DNA of 64,000 nucleotides from Pseudomonadota bacterium (GTDB lineage Bacteria; Pseudomonadota; Gammaproteobacteria; UBA1113): NCBI GenBank assembly GCA_021781965.1, contig JAJXVU010000003.1, positions 15,880 to 79,879 of the forward strand, read 5' to 3'. Shown piece by piece: positions 29,765 to 38,366 of this stretch (position 1 is its first letter; each line of letters starts with the position of its first letter). The notes under the pieces were generated by a model. It saw only the letters and a program-made list of their open reading frames with translations, ran no database searches and was not told where the DNA came from. The position numbers and the translations under genes were made by a program.

Positions 29765-30820
29765 ATGCAGACCCTGAATATTATTCGCCCAGACGATTGG
29801 CATATACACTTGCGCGATAATGCATCATTACAATTAACAGTACCCTTAGCCGAGCGCACATTTGCGCGCGTATTGGCCATGCCTAATTTAACACCACCCT
29901 TAACCACTATGCACGGGGTGTTGGACTATAGGGAACGTATTTTAGCCGTTGCTATAAATCAACGGTTTACACCGTATTTTGCACTATATTTTACAAATGA
30001 TTTAAATGCCAGCACGTTACGCGAGGCGAAACTTTGTCCATGGATCTTAGGTGTTAAATTATACCCACAAGGTGCAACCACGCATTCAGATTGGGGTATA
30101 AACGATATCAACAAACAATTTGAAAATTTATCGATCATGGAAGAATTAGAACTACCGCTACTGGTGCACGGCGAAGTCACCGATAATACAATTGATATAT
30201 TTGATCGCGAAGCGCGTTTTATCGATACTGTTTTAGAACCGTTACAACAACGTTTTCCCAAATTACCTATTGTACTAGAACACATTAGCACCACCGAAGC
30301 CGTAGACTGGGTACAAAGCATGCCTGCACATATTGCTGCAACCATTACCGTGCACCACTTAGCCTTTAATCGCAATCATTTATTGGCGGGTGGCCTTAGG
30401 CCAGATTATTATTGTTTACCTATTTTAAAACAACATCAACATCAGCAAAAATTGCAACAAGCTGTCATGAGCAAAAATCAAAGTAAATTTTTCTTGGGCA
30501 CAGACAGTGCACCGCATGTGCAAGATAGAAAATACAGTGCCTGTGGTTGTGCGGGTTGTTTTACCAGTTCCATTGCACTCCCCTTATTGGCTGAACTATT
30601 TTCTGCGCACGAGGCTTTGCCTTTATTAGAAAGCTTTACCAGCATCAATGGCGCACTCTTTTATCAATTGCCTATCAATACAGAGCGCTTGCGTTTAATA
30701 CAAAGCCCGTGGGTAGTGCCGCAACAATACACTACAGACGATTTAAGTTTTATTCCTTTATTAGCTGGAAAAACTTTATCCTGGCAATGCCAACCTATAG
30801 AAGACCAATCCAATGAATGA
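29765..30820 (+). CDS. pyrC: dihydroorotase (class II)
   Basis: 351 aa; IRPDDWHIHLRD is the PyrC metal-binding signature. Confidence 0.9.
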   Translation: MQTLNIIRPDDWHIHLRDNASLQLTVPLAERTFARVLAMPNLTPPLTTMHGVLDYRERILAVAINQRFTPYFALYFTNDLNASTLREAKLCPWILGVKLYPQGATTHSDWGINDINKQFENLSIMEELELPLLVHGEVTDNTIDIFDREARFIDTVLEPLQQRFPKLPIVLEHISTTEAVDWVQSMPAHIAATITVHHLAFNRNHLLAGGLRPDYYCLPILKQHQHQQKLQQAVMSKNQSKFFLGTDSAPHVQDRKYSACGCAGCFTSSIALPLLAELFSAHEALPLLESFTSINGALFYQLPINTERLRLIQSPWVVPQQYTTDDLSFIPLLAGKTLSWQCQPIEDQSNE

Positions 30821-31442
30821 CAATATAAATGCCCCTTTAGCAAAACGTTTCCGTGGTTTTTTTCCGGTCATTATTGATGTTGAGACCAGTGGTTTTGATG
30901 CCAAAAAAAATGCCTTATTAGAAATCGCTGCCGTAACCGTAGAAATGAATGAACATGGCTTCTTACAACCCAAACAATCTTTGTTTTACGCTACCCTGCC
31001 TTTTGAAGGCGCCAAGCTTGATCCGGCCTCACTGGCTTTCACAGGGATTATTCCCGATCACCCTTTTCGCATGGCCATCGATGAGAAAAAAGCATTGACT
31101 GAATTATTTTCGGCACTAAAAAAAGAGATGAAATTAGCACATTGCAAACGCTGCGTCTTAGTCGGTCACAATGCCGCTTTTGACCTGAGTTTTGTAGCCG
31201 CTGCCTGCGAGCGCAGTCATGTTAAGAATGTTTTTCATCCATTTACTACATTTGATACCGCAGCCTTAAGCGCTCTAGTCTTAGGTGAAACTGTACTCGC
31301 TACCGCTCTAGAACGCGCAAAATTACCCTTTGATAATAAACAAGCTCATTCGGCTTTATATGATGCTGAACGCACCGCGGAATTATTTTGCTTTATTGTG
31401 AATCGTTGGCAAGAATTGGGTGGATGGGAAAATACCCTATGA
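30813..31442 (+). CDS. rnt: ribonuclease T
   Basis: 209-aa DEDDh exonuclease (VIIDVETSGFD, HNAAFD, YDAERTAELF). Confidence 0.85.
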   Translation: MNDNINAPLAKRFRGFFPVIIDVETSGFDAKKNALLEIAAVTVEMNEHGFLQPKQSLFYATLPFEGAKLDPASLAFTGIIPDHPFRMAIDEKKALTELFSALKKEMKLAHCKRCVLVGHNAAFDLSFVAAACERSHVKNVFHPFTTFDTAALSALVLGETVLATALERAKLPFDNKQAHSALYDAERTAELFCFIVNRWQELGGWENTL

Positions 31443-31919
31443 GATCCCTAGCCTTTCAGCAATGGCTTTAATCCCCCTTTCCTTCTGAATACGTTTTGGT
31501 TGTTCATCTTGTCTAGCTATAGTCTCTATATTGAGTGCAACAACAATACTATTCATTGCGCTATCTAACTGTTTAAACAATATCTTGTTTTTTTTGGTGT
31601 AATCTCCCGCATTAAAAAATCGTTTAATTTTTTCTTTTTTTCCTTCTTTCTTATCACTACAACTCAATGCTAACATATACTGGGTACAGTCATCATTTAG
31701 AATATCTACCAACTCCTTTATAGACTCTTTTAATCCTTGAATATTATCTTTCACTCTTATTTTCTCATCAAGAATTGTATTATTTAGAAATAATTCTATG
31801 TGCGCTATTTTTTCCCTGAGTTTTTGGCTTAAAACTTTTAGATTTTTTGCTTTTTTCCCCTGGTCATAAATAGATTTAACCGTTTTTATTCCCTCTAAAA
31901 TCAATAAGCCATCCACCAT
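31437..31919 (-). CDS. hypothetical coiled-coil protein
   Basis: 160-aa AT-rich, Lys/Glu-rich ORF at the left edge of the island. No recognised motifs. Confidence 0.4.
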   Translation of the reverse strand: MVDGLLILEGIKTVKSIYDQGKKAKNLKVLSQKLREKIAHIELFLNNTILDEKIRVKDNIQGLKESIKELVDILNDDCTQYMLALSCSDKKEGKKEKIKRFFNAGDYTKKNKILFKQLDSAMNSIVVALNIETIARQDEQPKRIQKERGIKAIAERLGIS

Positions 31920-31953
31920 TTTTTTCTCCTAAAAAAATTATAATGAACCAACT

Positions 31954-32095
31954 CCCGCGGATCTAGTCAGTGCGAGCAAGCGACACAATTCCGGCTTTAT
32001 AAGGTTTCACGTTATTTCATCCCTGCTATACGTGATATTCCTTTTTATTACCTCAATATTTCCTGAATTGCGTCGCTTGCTCGCACTGATACTAG
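31954..32095. repeat. ~29-bp near-perfect inverted repeats separated by ~80 bp
   Basis: ctagtcagtgcgagcaagcgacacaattc at 31954-31982 and gaattgcgtcgcttgctcgcactgatactag at 32065-32095 are reverse complements apart from one mismatch and a 2-bp indel. Confidence 0.45.
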
Positions 32096-32348
32096 ATGCT
32101 CCTATAAAGAAAATATTATTTAATATGATTCATATTAAATAATATTGGCTATTGATGTCAATAGTCTTCTGGAAAAAACATAAAAATACTATTAATCTTA
32201 CATTTTCTGACTATATTATTAACCTTTAATCATGTTTTGATTATTTTTTAAACATTAAATGGACGTTTTTCAAAAGTGTTGGCCGCTTTCCACCCTGAAA
32301 TTGTGAGGAAATCATAGAAATATTTTTTATTAAAAATAATATATACTC

Positions 32349-32368
32349 CTCTTTAACATAGTAAAGAG
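32349..32368. promoter_or_regulatory. 7-6-7 palindrome ctctttaacatagtaaagag, candidate operator of the CI/LexA-like repressor
   Basis: Perfect inverted arms (CTCTTTA / TAAAGAG) lie 20 bp upstream of the repressor start codon. Confidence 0.3.
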
Positions 32369-32388
32369 ATCGTGTATACTTCCTGACT

Positions 32389-33078
32389 ATGGAAAAAGAA
32401 CTCATAGAAACAGACAACTCCGCAATACCGATCGCAGCTGCGCGCGCCAATCGGTTGCGGCGGCTACGGAATCTTGCAAATCTTTCACGTAAAGAGATTT
32501 GCCAGGATAGTGGTATCAACCTCAATACATTGATTGGTTGGGAAGTTGCACGCCATGGCGGGTTAACTCAACCGGGCGCACGGAAATTCTTAAGGCGAAT
32601 AATACTTGAAGGGATAATGTGCAGTGAAGAATGGCTTTTGCACGGTACGGGCATTGAACCTCATATCGTATCCAGTATTAGCCAATTCAATCCATTTACA
32701 AACCCAGGCGCTGACATACAGATCCAGCAAATCTTGTCAGAAATTGCACTATTTAAAAAACATCATCCTAATGCTGTGAGTATGATAATCAATGATGAAA
32801 GTATGGCGCCTTCGTTCAAAAAAGGTGATTTTATTTGTGGCGGCATTATTTCACGGGAAGATGTCAAAAACTATCTGGGAATGCCCTGTATAATATTAAC
32901 CGCTGATGGCAAGCAACTGTTTAGAAATATAACCCTCGGTGAAAAAGAAGGTACATTTTGTTTACTGGCAACAAATCTTGTGGCAGTTTCACAAGAGCCC
33001 TTAATCTTGCAGGATATCACTCCTATATATATTGCTCCCGTTATTTGGCATAGGAAATTGTTAAAGTCTAATCCGTAA
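32389..33078 (+). CDS. CI/LexA-like repressor: N-terminal XRE-type HTH + C-terminal S24 peptidase domain
   Basis: HTH LRNLANLSRKEICQDSGINLNTLIGWE. The C-terminal domain carries INDESMAPSFKKGDFICG (Ser nucleophile block G[DE]SMxP...GD) and a downstream K-Q-L (Lys general base), as in LexA and lambda CI. Confidence 0.65.
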   Translation: MEKELIETDNSAIPIAAARANRLRRLRNLANLSRKEICQDSGINLNTLIGWEVARHGGLTQPGARKFLRRIILEGIMCSEEWLLHGTGIEPHIVSSISQFNPFTNPGADIQIQQILSEIALFKKHHPNAVSMIINDESMAPSFKKGDFICGGIISREDVKNYLGMPCIILTADGKQLFRNITLGEKEGTFCLLATNLVAVSQEPLILQDITPIYIAPVIWHRKLLKSNP

Positions 33079-33096
33079 AATAAAAGGAATTACGTA

Positions 33097-34548
33097 GTGT
33101 ATAAATTTATCTCCGTTACACTGTTTATAACAGTAATGATACTACATATGAATGTATTATTCGCTGAGAAACAGAAAGCCCTTCTTATTCCAATTTATGA
33201 TTATCGCGTTAACCTAGATCCTGGGAAACAACAAGATACTTATTCCACTGGGATATCCAGACAAATTAATTGTCAGCTCATACGAGCATCTAACTCTTAT
33301 CCAATGCTAGAAGCCGCGAATTCGGTCAAATATCTTACACCGTGGAAGATTGCCATTACGTTAAAAAAAGGATTAACTTTTAGCAATAACCAACCTGTGA
33401 CTGCTTATGATGTCGTTGCCTCTTATGATTATTTAGAAAAACATCAAAACTATCTAAGCAATATTGCCTATTGGATTGAGAAAATGTATGCCACTTCTAA
33501 CAACGAGATTATTGTAGAACTGCATAATCCTGCATCTGAATTTATACAGATTACAGCATTAAATGATTTACCCATTTACCAGAAAGATTTTCTTGCTAAA
33601 GCTGAAAAACAACCCCAACTATGGAAATTTCCAGTCACCTGTGGCGGCTACAAAGTTATAAAGAATGATGCACATGAACTTGCATTGGCTCCTAGATTTA
33701 ATGGCTATCCAATTATCTACAAAAAAATGGGTGATATGCCCATTAAAGAATCGGAATACCAGAATTTTGATATCATTGATGATTATTTTATTGCTGCGAA
33801 TGAATCTCCACAAGGATTTAGAAAGGTACAGGTTTTTGCACCCTATCAAATATTTCTAGGTCTAAACTCACAAAAGCCACGTTGGCACAGTAAAGAGCAA
33901 CGGTGTAAATTTCTTGCTCAAATGCAAGCTGATACCGTGGTAGAATCCTATGGAGAAGAGGGGCAAAGAGCCAATGATTTATTCCCTGTGGGTGTAATAG
34001 GCTATAGAAACAACTATCAATTTATAGAGAAAATAAGGGAAAACTATCCACAGACTAATAAGAAAATAAAACTCAATGATTTTTGCCTTGCTTTTTTAAA
34101 GCTTTCTGTTCCAGTAGAGCACCATTCTAGCTATATTAAAATGGTGCGTAACGCAATAGATACTAAAAACTTTCATACAGAGCAAATTACAAAGGTCAAA
34201 GATTATACCAAACTCATAAAATCAAGCTGTGATGCAATGGCGATAGGCTTTCAAACCAATACGCTTGAAGGATATGACTTTCTGGTGTTGTTTGCCAAAA
34301 ATGGGAAGAATTTTACAGGACTTTACAATGAAGAAGTTTCAAATGCCTTGTTAAATAGCCAAAATTTAAATGATAACAAGGAAAAAGCCAGACAATATCA
34401 ACGCATAGCCGATATCGTTCGGGATGAATGTATTGCCATCCCAATCGTTACAATCCCCATGGAAACTTTCTTTATCAAAGATTCATTAAAAGCACCCGAT
34501 ATTAGTAAATCAGCGTTTGAATCTTATTATCTTGGAGCGATAACTTAA
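33097..34548 (+). CDS. periplasmic solute-binding protein, family 5 (oligopeptide/oligosaccharide-type SBP), secreted
   Basis: Sec signal peptide. The segment ITLKKGLTFSNNQPVTAYDVVASY matches the SBP_bac_5 signature region. No ABC permease or ATPase genes are nearby; the stop codon abuts the ATG of the sensor kinase. Confidence 0.55.
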   Translation: MYKFISVTLFITVMILHMNVLFAEKQKALLIPIYDYRVNLDPGKQQDTYSTGISRQINCQLIRASNSYPMLEAANSVKYLTPWKIAITLKKGLTFSNNQPVTAYDVVASYDYLEKHQNYLSNIAYWIEKMYATSNNEIIVELHNPASEFIQITALNDLPIYQKDFLAKAEKQPQLWKFPVTCGGYKVIKNDAHELALAPRFNGYPIIYKKMGDMPIKESEYQNFDIIDDYFIAANESPQGFRKVQVFAPYQIFLGLNSQKPRWHSKEQRCKFLAQMQADTVVESYGEEGQRANDLFPVGVIGYRNNYQFIEKIRENYPQTNKKIKLNDFCLAFLKLSVPVEHHSSYIKMVRNAIDTKNFHTEQITKVKDYTKLIKSSCDAMAIGFQTNTLEGYDFLVLFAKNGKNFTGLYNEEVSNALLNSQNLNDNKEKARQYQRIADIVRDECIAIPIVTIPMETFFIKDSLKAPDISKSAFESYYLGAIT

Positions 34549-36714
34549 ATGACACTTACAATAAGAAATCATACTCTTAAAAAATACATAGCCCAAACCT
34601 TATTGGGCGCTATTTCATTTGTTTTTTTAATTTCACTGATTGCGGGCATTTTTATTGAAAGGGATAATGCCAAGATGGAGCATATTGAAAAAATACACGA
34701 TACACATACAACGTTAATCTCAGTTCTTGCCCCAGAGCTCGCAATCTATAACATTATGGAGGTTCGTAAACTATTATCGCTCGCCTCATCTCATGATAAA
34801 TTTTTTGCTGTTATCGACAATAATAAAAACGTATATATGTCCGATTATGAAAATTTTGGTTCTATAAGAAAATTAATCTATAAAGCAGGTCGCGTTGACT
34901 GTCGCGTGCTGAATAAAGAAAAGAAAGACCTAGGTAAGAATGTATTTTTTTATTGCACTCCAATCTACTACTACAGCCAAGATACAGAAAGTAATGCTAA
35001 ACTAGGAGTGCTCATTAGTTATAGTAAACTTGATTTTGCTTTTCGGTCTTGGAAATTATTAATGCAATATCTACTGGCATTCTTTGTTATTTCTAGTTTA
35101 TTATTCATATTGTTAAGAAGAAATTTATACAAAAAATTGTTGTCTCCTTTAATTAAATTAGAAAGACAAATTTCTAAGCTAGATTCCACACGTCTGCAAA
35201 CAAATACCAACATTGGTGACATCGGTTGGGCTCCCATTGAAATACAGAAAATAAAAGAAGCTTTTGACCAATTGCTAAACTGTTTACACATCGAAAACAT
35301 GAAGATCCGTGAAACTGAGAAAAAAGCCACCTTAAGCCATTTAGCCGTACAAATTGCGCACGATATCCGCAGCCCGCTTGCAGCACTTGAAGTGATTGTG
35401 GTAGAAGCCAATAAGTTTCCAGAGCGAAAACGATTATTAATTAGGCATTCCATTAACAGGATCAATGATATTGCTAATAATTTATTAACGCAATATCGTT
35501 TAATTAACAAGTCCGGCAAAGAAGAAACCGAAAATAATCTAACTTCAGAATTATTATCTGCCTTGATGGATATGGTAATCTCCGAGAAACGGCTACAACT
35601 AAACCGTTCTAATATAAGAATCTCATTCGAAATTGATGAATCCGCACATGGCACCTGTGTTAACATCAATCCCAGCCTTTTCGAAAGAGGCTTGTCTAAT
35701 ATTTTAAATAATGCAATCGAATCCATTGTGGAACATGGAGAAATTAAGCTTTATTTAGGGGTTTCTGATGGAAATGCCATTATCAAAATAATTGACAATG
35801 GCTGTGGCATTCCAGAACATCTGTTACCCTTACTATTAAAGGGGGGCACCAGCCACGGTAAAAAGAATGGTTTCGGCCTAGGGCTATCATCTGCAGTCAG
35901 CAATATCCAATCATGGAATGGCACATTCACCATTGAGTCCAAAAAAAATCAAGGCACCACTGTAAATATCCTCCTGCCCTTGGCAAAATCACCCCCTTGG
36001 TTTGCAGAGCGCATCTTCTTTAATAAAAATAATCACTTTGTTGTCGTAGTGGATGATGAAGAGTCTGTACATCAAATTTGGAATAACCGTTTTGAAAGCC
36101 TATCTACGCTATTTGATTTTAAAATGATTCATTTAAACACACCCACGGAATTGATGAGTTGGTGCAAAATGAACGATAATGCATCTGTCTTATTTCTGGT
36201 TGACTATCAGTTTGAGAACTCCGAAATAAATGGTATAGAACTGATTAAGCACTGCGGTATAGAAAGTTCTGCAATGCTAGTAACCAGTTGCTACGATTCT
36301 GATAGCTTACGGGATGAATGCTTACACTGCGGCGTTAAATTGCTACCAAAATTTTTCTCAGCCTACATCCCCATAGAGGTCACAGAAGCGATTAAAGTAG
36401 ATCTCATCTTTCTGGATGACGATTGTCTAATAACCAACACCTGGGAACTCGCGTGCGAATTGAAAAATATTAAAATCAACACATTTAACGAAGTTAACAC
36501 TTTCCTACAAGCAATCAGGAACTATGCAAAATCAACGCCGATTTATATAGACTCTGAATTGACTGATAACATAAAGGGTGAAGAAATCGCCAGAGATTTG
36601 TATATGATAGGTTATAGAGAACTTTATCTAGTAACAGGAAAATCCCACGATAGTTTTTCTGAATTATATTGGATTAAATCTATATCGGGTAAAAATTGTC
36701 CTTATATAAACTAA
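34549..36714 (+). CDS. hybrid sensor histidine kinase (2 TM + periplasmic domain, HisKA, HATPase_c, receiver domain + degenerate second receiver-like domain)
   Basis: TM helices at about aa 15-36 and 171-190. H-box LSHLAVQIAHDIRSPLAAL, N-box NILNNAIESI, G1 IIDNGCGIP, G2 GFGLGLSS. REC motifs VVVVDDEES and LFLVDYQF. Confidence 0.8.
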   Translation: MTLTIRNHTLKKYIAQTLLGAISFVFLISLIAGIFIERDNAKMEHIEKIHDTHTTLISVLAPELAIYNIMEVRKLLSLASSHDKFFAVIDNNKNVYMSDYENFGSIRKLIYKAGRVDCRVLNKEKKDLGKNVFFYCTPIYYYSQDTESNAKLGVLISYSKLDFAFRSWKLLMQYLLAFFVISSLLFILLRRNLYKKLLSPLIKLERQISKLDSTRLQTNTNIGDIGWAPIEIQKIKEAFDQLLNCLHIENMKIRETEKKATLSHLAVQIAHDIRSPLAALEVIVVEANKFPERKRLLIRHSINRINDIANNLLTQYRLINKSGKEETENNLTSELLSALMDMVISEKRLQLNRSNIRISFEIDESAHGTCVNINPSLFERGLSNILNNAIESIVEHGEIKLYLGVSDGNAIIKIIDNGCGIPEHLLPLLLKGGTSHGKKNGFGLGLSSAVSNIQSWNGTFTIESKKNQGTTVNILLPLAKSPPWFAERIFFNKNNHFVVVVDDEESVHQIWNNRFESLSTLFDFKMIHLNTPTELMSWCKMNDNASVLFLVDYQFENSEINGIELIKHCGIESSAMLVTSCYDSDSLRDECLHCGVKLLPKFFSAYIPIEVTEAIKVDLIFLDDDCLITNTWELACELKNIKINTFNEVNTFLQAIRNYAKSTPIYIDSELTDNIKGEEIARDLYMIGYRELYLVTGKSHDSFSELYWIKSISGKNCPYIN

Positions 36715-36729
36715 AGAAAGAGGGAAAAA

Positions 36730-36978
36730 ATGTCTGATAATTTAATAAAATTTAAACATGTGGTTAAAACACCACTTTCAACGATTTCTGTCGCTATTGA
36801 TAGCGTGAAACCATTTGTTCACGATTTGATTCTCCAAAAAAAGAAACCTGATTTTTATATTAATATTAGGCATATAGTCACAGGAAAAGAGCTTGAAACC
36901 ATTTTAAAACTGTTACATAATGTTGAATTGGCTGCGGAGCAAATTAATAATGCAATCTCCATACTGGAAGAAAATTAA
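36730..36978 (+). CDS. stand-alone DHp (HisKA-like dimerisation/phosphoacceptor) domain protein, 82 aa; candidate Spo0B-like phosphotransferase
   Basis: FKHVVKTPLSTISVAID resembles the HisKA H-box (hELRTPLtsI), followed by a helical C-terminal half. There is no ATPase domain. It lies between the hybrid HK and the RR. Confidence 0.45.
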   Translation: MSDNLIKFKHVVKTPLSTISVAIDSVKPFVHDLILQKKKPDFYINIRHIVTGKELETILKLLHNVELAAEQINNAISILEEN

Positions 36979-36985
36979 TGTTTTA

Positions 36986-37242
36986 TGTATACTCATAGCA
37001 GTTGATTTTTAGGCGAGGCGCCTAGCCTTCGAGCACCAGGAGTGACGTACTCTGTCATATACTAGTGCGAGATGGGCGCGGGCAACAAAGCATAAAAGTC
37101 AAATGCGAAGAGTATATACTCAAGCAGTTGATTTTTAGGCGAGGCGCCTAGCCTTCGAGCACCAGGAGTGTAGTACTCTACATGACTGGGGCGAGATGGG
37201 CGTAGGCAACAAAGCATAAAAGTCAAATGCGAAGAGTATATA
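36986..37242. repeat. two tandem copies of the ~125-bp structured repeat element (same family as 26124-26376)
   Basis: Boundary palindromes TGTATACT at 36986, AGTATATACT at 37111 and AGTATATA at 37235. Internal GGCGAGGCGCC and GCACCAGG...CTGG(T/G)GC hairpins. The 3' end runs directly into the AAGGAG Shine-Dalgarno of the downstream RR gene. Confidence 0.6.
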
Positions 37243-37253
37243 AGGAGTTTTAT

Positions 37254-38177
37254 ATGCCGTATCTGTACTCATACCCAACTACCACATTGTTAGTTGATGA
37301 TAACGAGAATTTTCTATCGACCATAATGACATCATTATCTGATAAACATTCTTGTGTAATTGAATCCCACCCAATCAAAGCATTAGAGATTATTAAAAAG
37401 AATCAGATTGAACATAACGTCCATTTTAATAATCAAAATAAGCACGAACCAGATGATATTCTGGCAGAGAATAATCAGATTTCACAAATAATTCAAACTG
37501 AGGAGTTTATTACCCTTTCTAAATCACCCAATCGACATCAAGAAATAACCACCATCATACTGGATCATGATATGCCTGGGATGGATGGATTTTCATTTGC
37601 ATATAGCCTTGACAAAAAAGATATCTCTATTATCATGCTAACGGGTGTAGCAAGTCATGAATTAGCCGTAGAAGCCTTTAATAGGGGTATTATTGACAAA
37701 TTTTTACTAAAAGATTCCCCCAATTTGAAATTGATACTATCCCAGCATATTGAGGACGCAAAACATAATTTTTTCTACAATCAAACTCGCAAACTGGCTT
37801 GCAATACTCCTTTGTATAACATCTTATTTTCGGCAGAATTTTCAGAGCTATTTTCAAAAATTATAATGGACTACAAGATAATAGAATATTATCTGCTCAA
37901 TTCAAACGGTTCTTATTTACTCATTACAGAGCAAAATGAGCCTCTCGTTTTTTCTTTTATGCCGGAACTGGAACTCAACTACTATAGAGATGTCGTAGAG
38001 GGCAATCACTCAGAGAAAATATTAATAGACAAGCTAAATACTGGCTATATTCCCTGTTTTTATAACAATGAGATTAACTTGCCTATATCTGGCTGGAGCG
38101 ATTATCTACATTTAGCGGATAAACTCAAAATAAACAATGCGCAGTATTATTATGCTATTCGCAAGTTAGATACCTAA
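37254..38177 (+). CDS. atypical response regulator: N-terminal receiver domain + ~190-aa C-terminal domain of unknown function (no recognisable HTH)
   Basis: REC residues LLVDDNEN, IILDHDMPGMDG, IMLTG and KF. The start is the ATG at 37254, preceded by AAGGAG; the track ORF would start inside the repeat. Confidence 0.65.
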   Translation: MPYLYSYPTTTLLVDDNENFLSTIMTSLSDKHSCVIESHPIKALEIIKKNQIEHNVHFNNQNKHEPDDILAENNQISQIIQTEEFITLSKSPNRHQEITTIILDHDMPGMDGFSFAYSLDKKDISIIMLTGVASHELAVEAFNRGIIDKFLLKDSPNLKLILSQHIEDAKHNFFYNQTRKLACNTPLYNILFSAEFSELFSKIIMDYKIIEYYLLNSNGSYLLITEQNEPLVFSFMPELELNYYRDVVEGNHSEKILIDKLNTGYIPCFYNNEINLPISGWSDYLHLADKLKINNAQYYYAIRKLDT

Positions 38178-38233
38178 GTTATTATTAGATAGGACAAACT
38201 ATTTTATATTCAGAGCACGGAGTTAGGTCCAAA

Positions 38234-38366
38234 GCTATACTCCCAGAGATTTGGTTTTAGGCGAGGCGCCTACTCCTCCAGTCCCAGGAATGACGTACTA
38301 TGTCATATAGTGGGGGCGAGATGGGCGAAGGCAACAACGCCTATAGCCAAAGCGCGAAAAGTATAT
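38234..38366. repeat. single copy of the ~125-bp structured repeat element
   Basis: ...ggttttaggcgaggcgcc...cccaggaatgacgtactatgtcatatagtgggggcgagatgggcgaaggcaaca...gaaaagtatat. The terminal AGTATAT abuts the ahpC stop codon. Confidence 0.55.

Noticed and set aside
32241-32525. 94-aa minus-strand ORF overlapping the repressor start
   Set aside because: It is antisense to a well-supported CDS and to the promoter palindrome, and has no RBS.
32389-33078. CI/LexA-like repressor as evidence of a prophage
   Set aside because: No integrase, terminase, capsid, tail or lysis genes were found in the island or elsewhere in the window. The neighbouring genes are two-component signalling genes.
35019-35726. 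235-aa minus-strand ORF inside the hybrid kinase gene
   Set aside because: It is antisense to a strongly supported multi-domain CDS, and such long AT-rich antisense ORFs are common artefacts. The same reasoning applies to the track ORFs 593..790, 2492..2680, 3350..3631, 4803..5156, 21229..21789, 29959..30375, 42396..42863, 46021..46330, 54485..54985 and 55890..56357.
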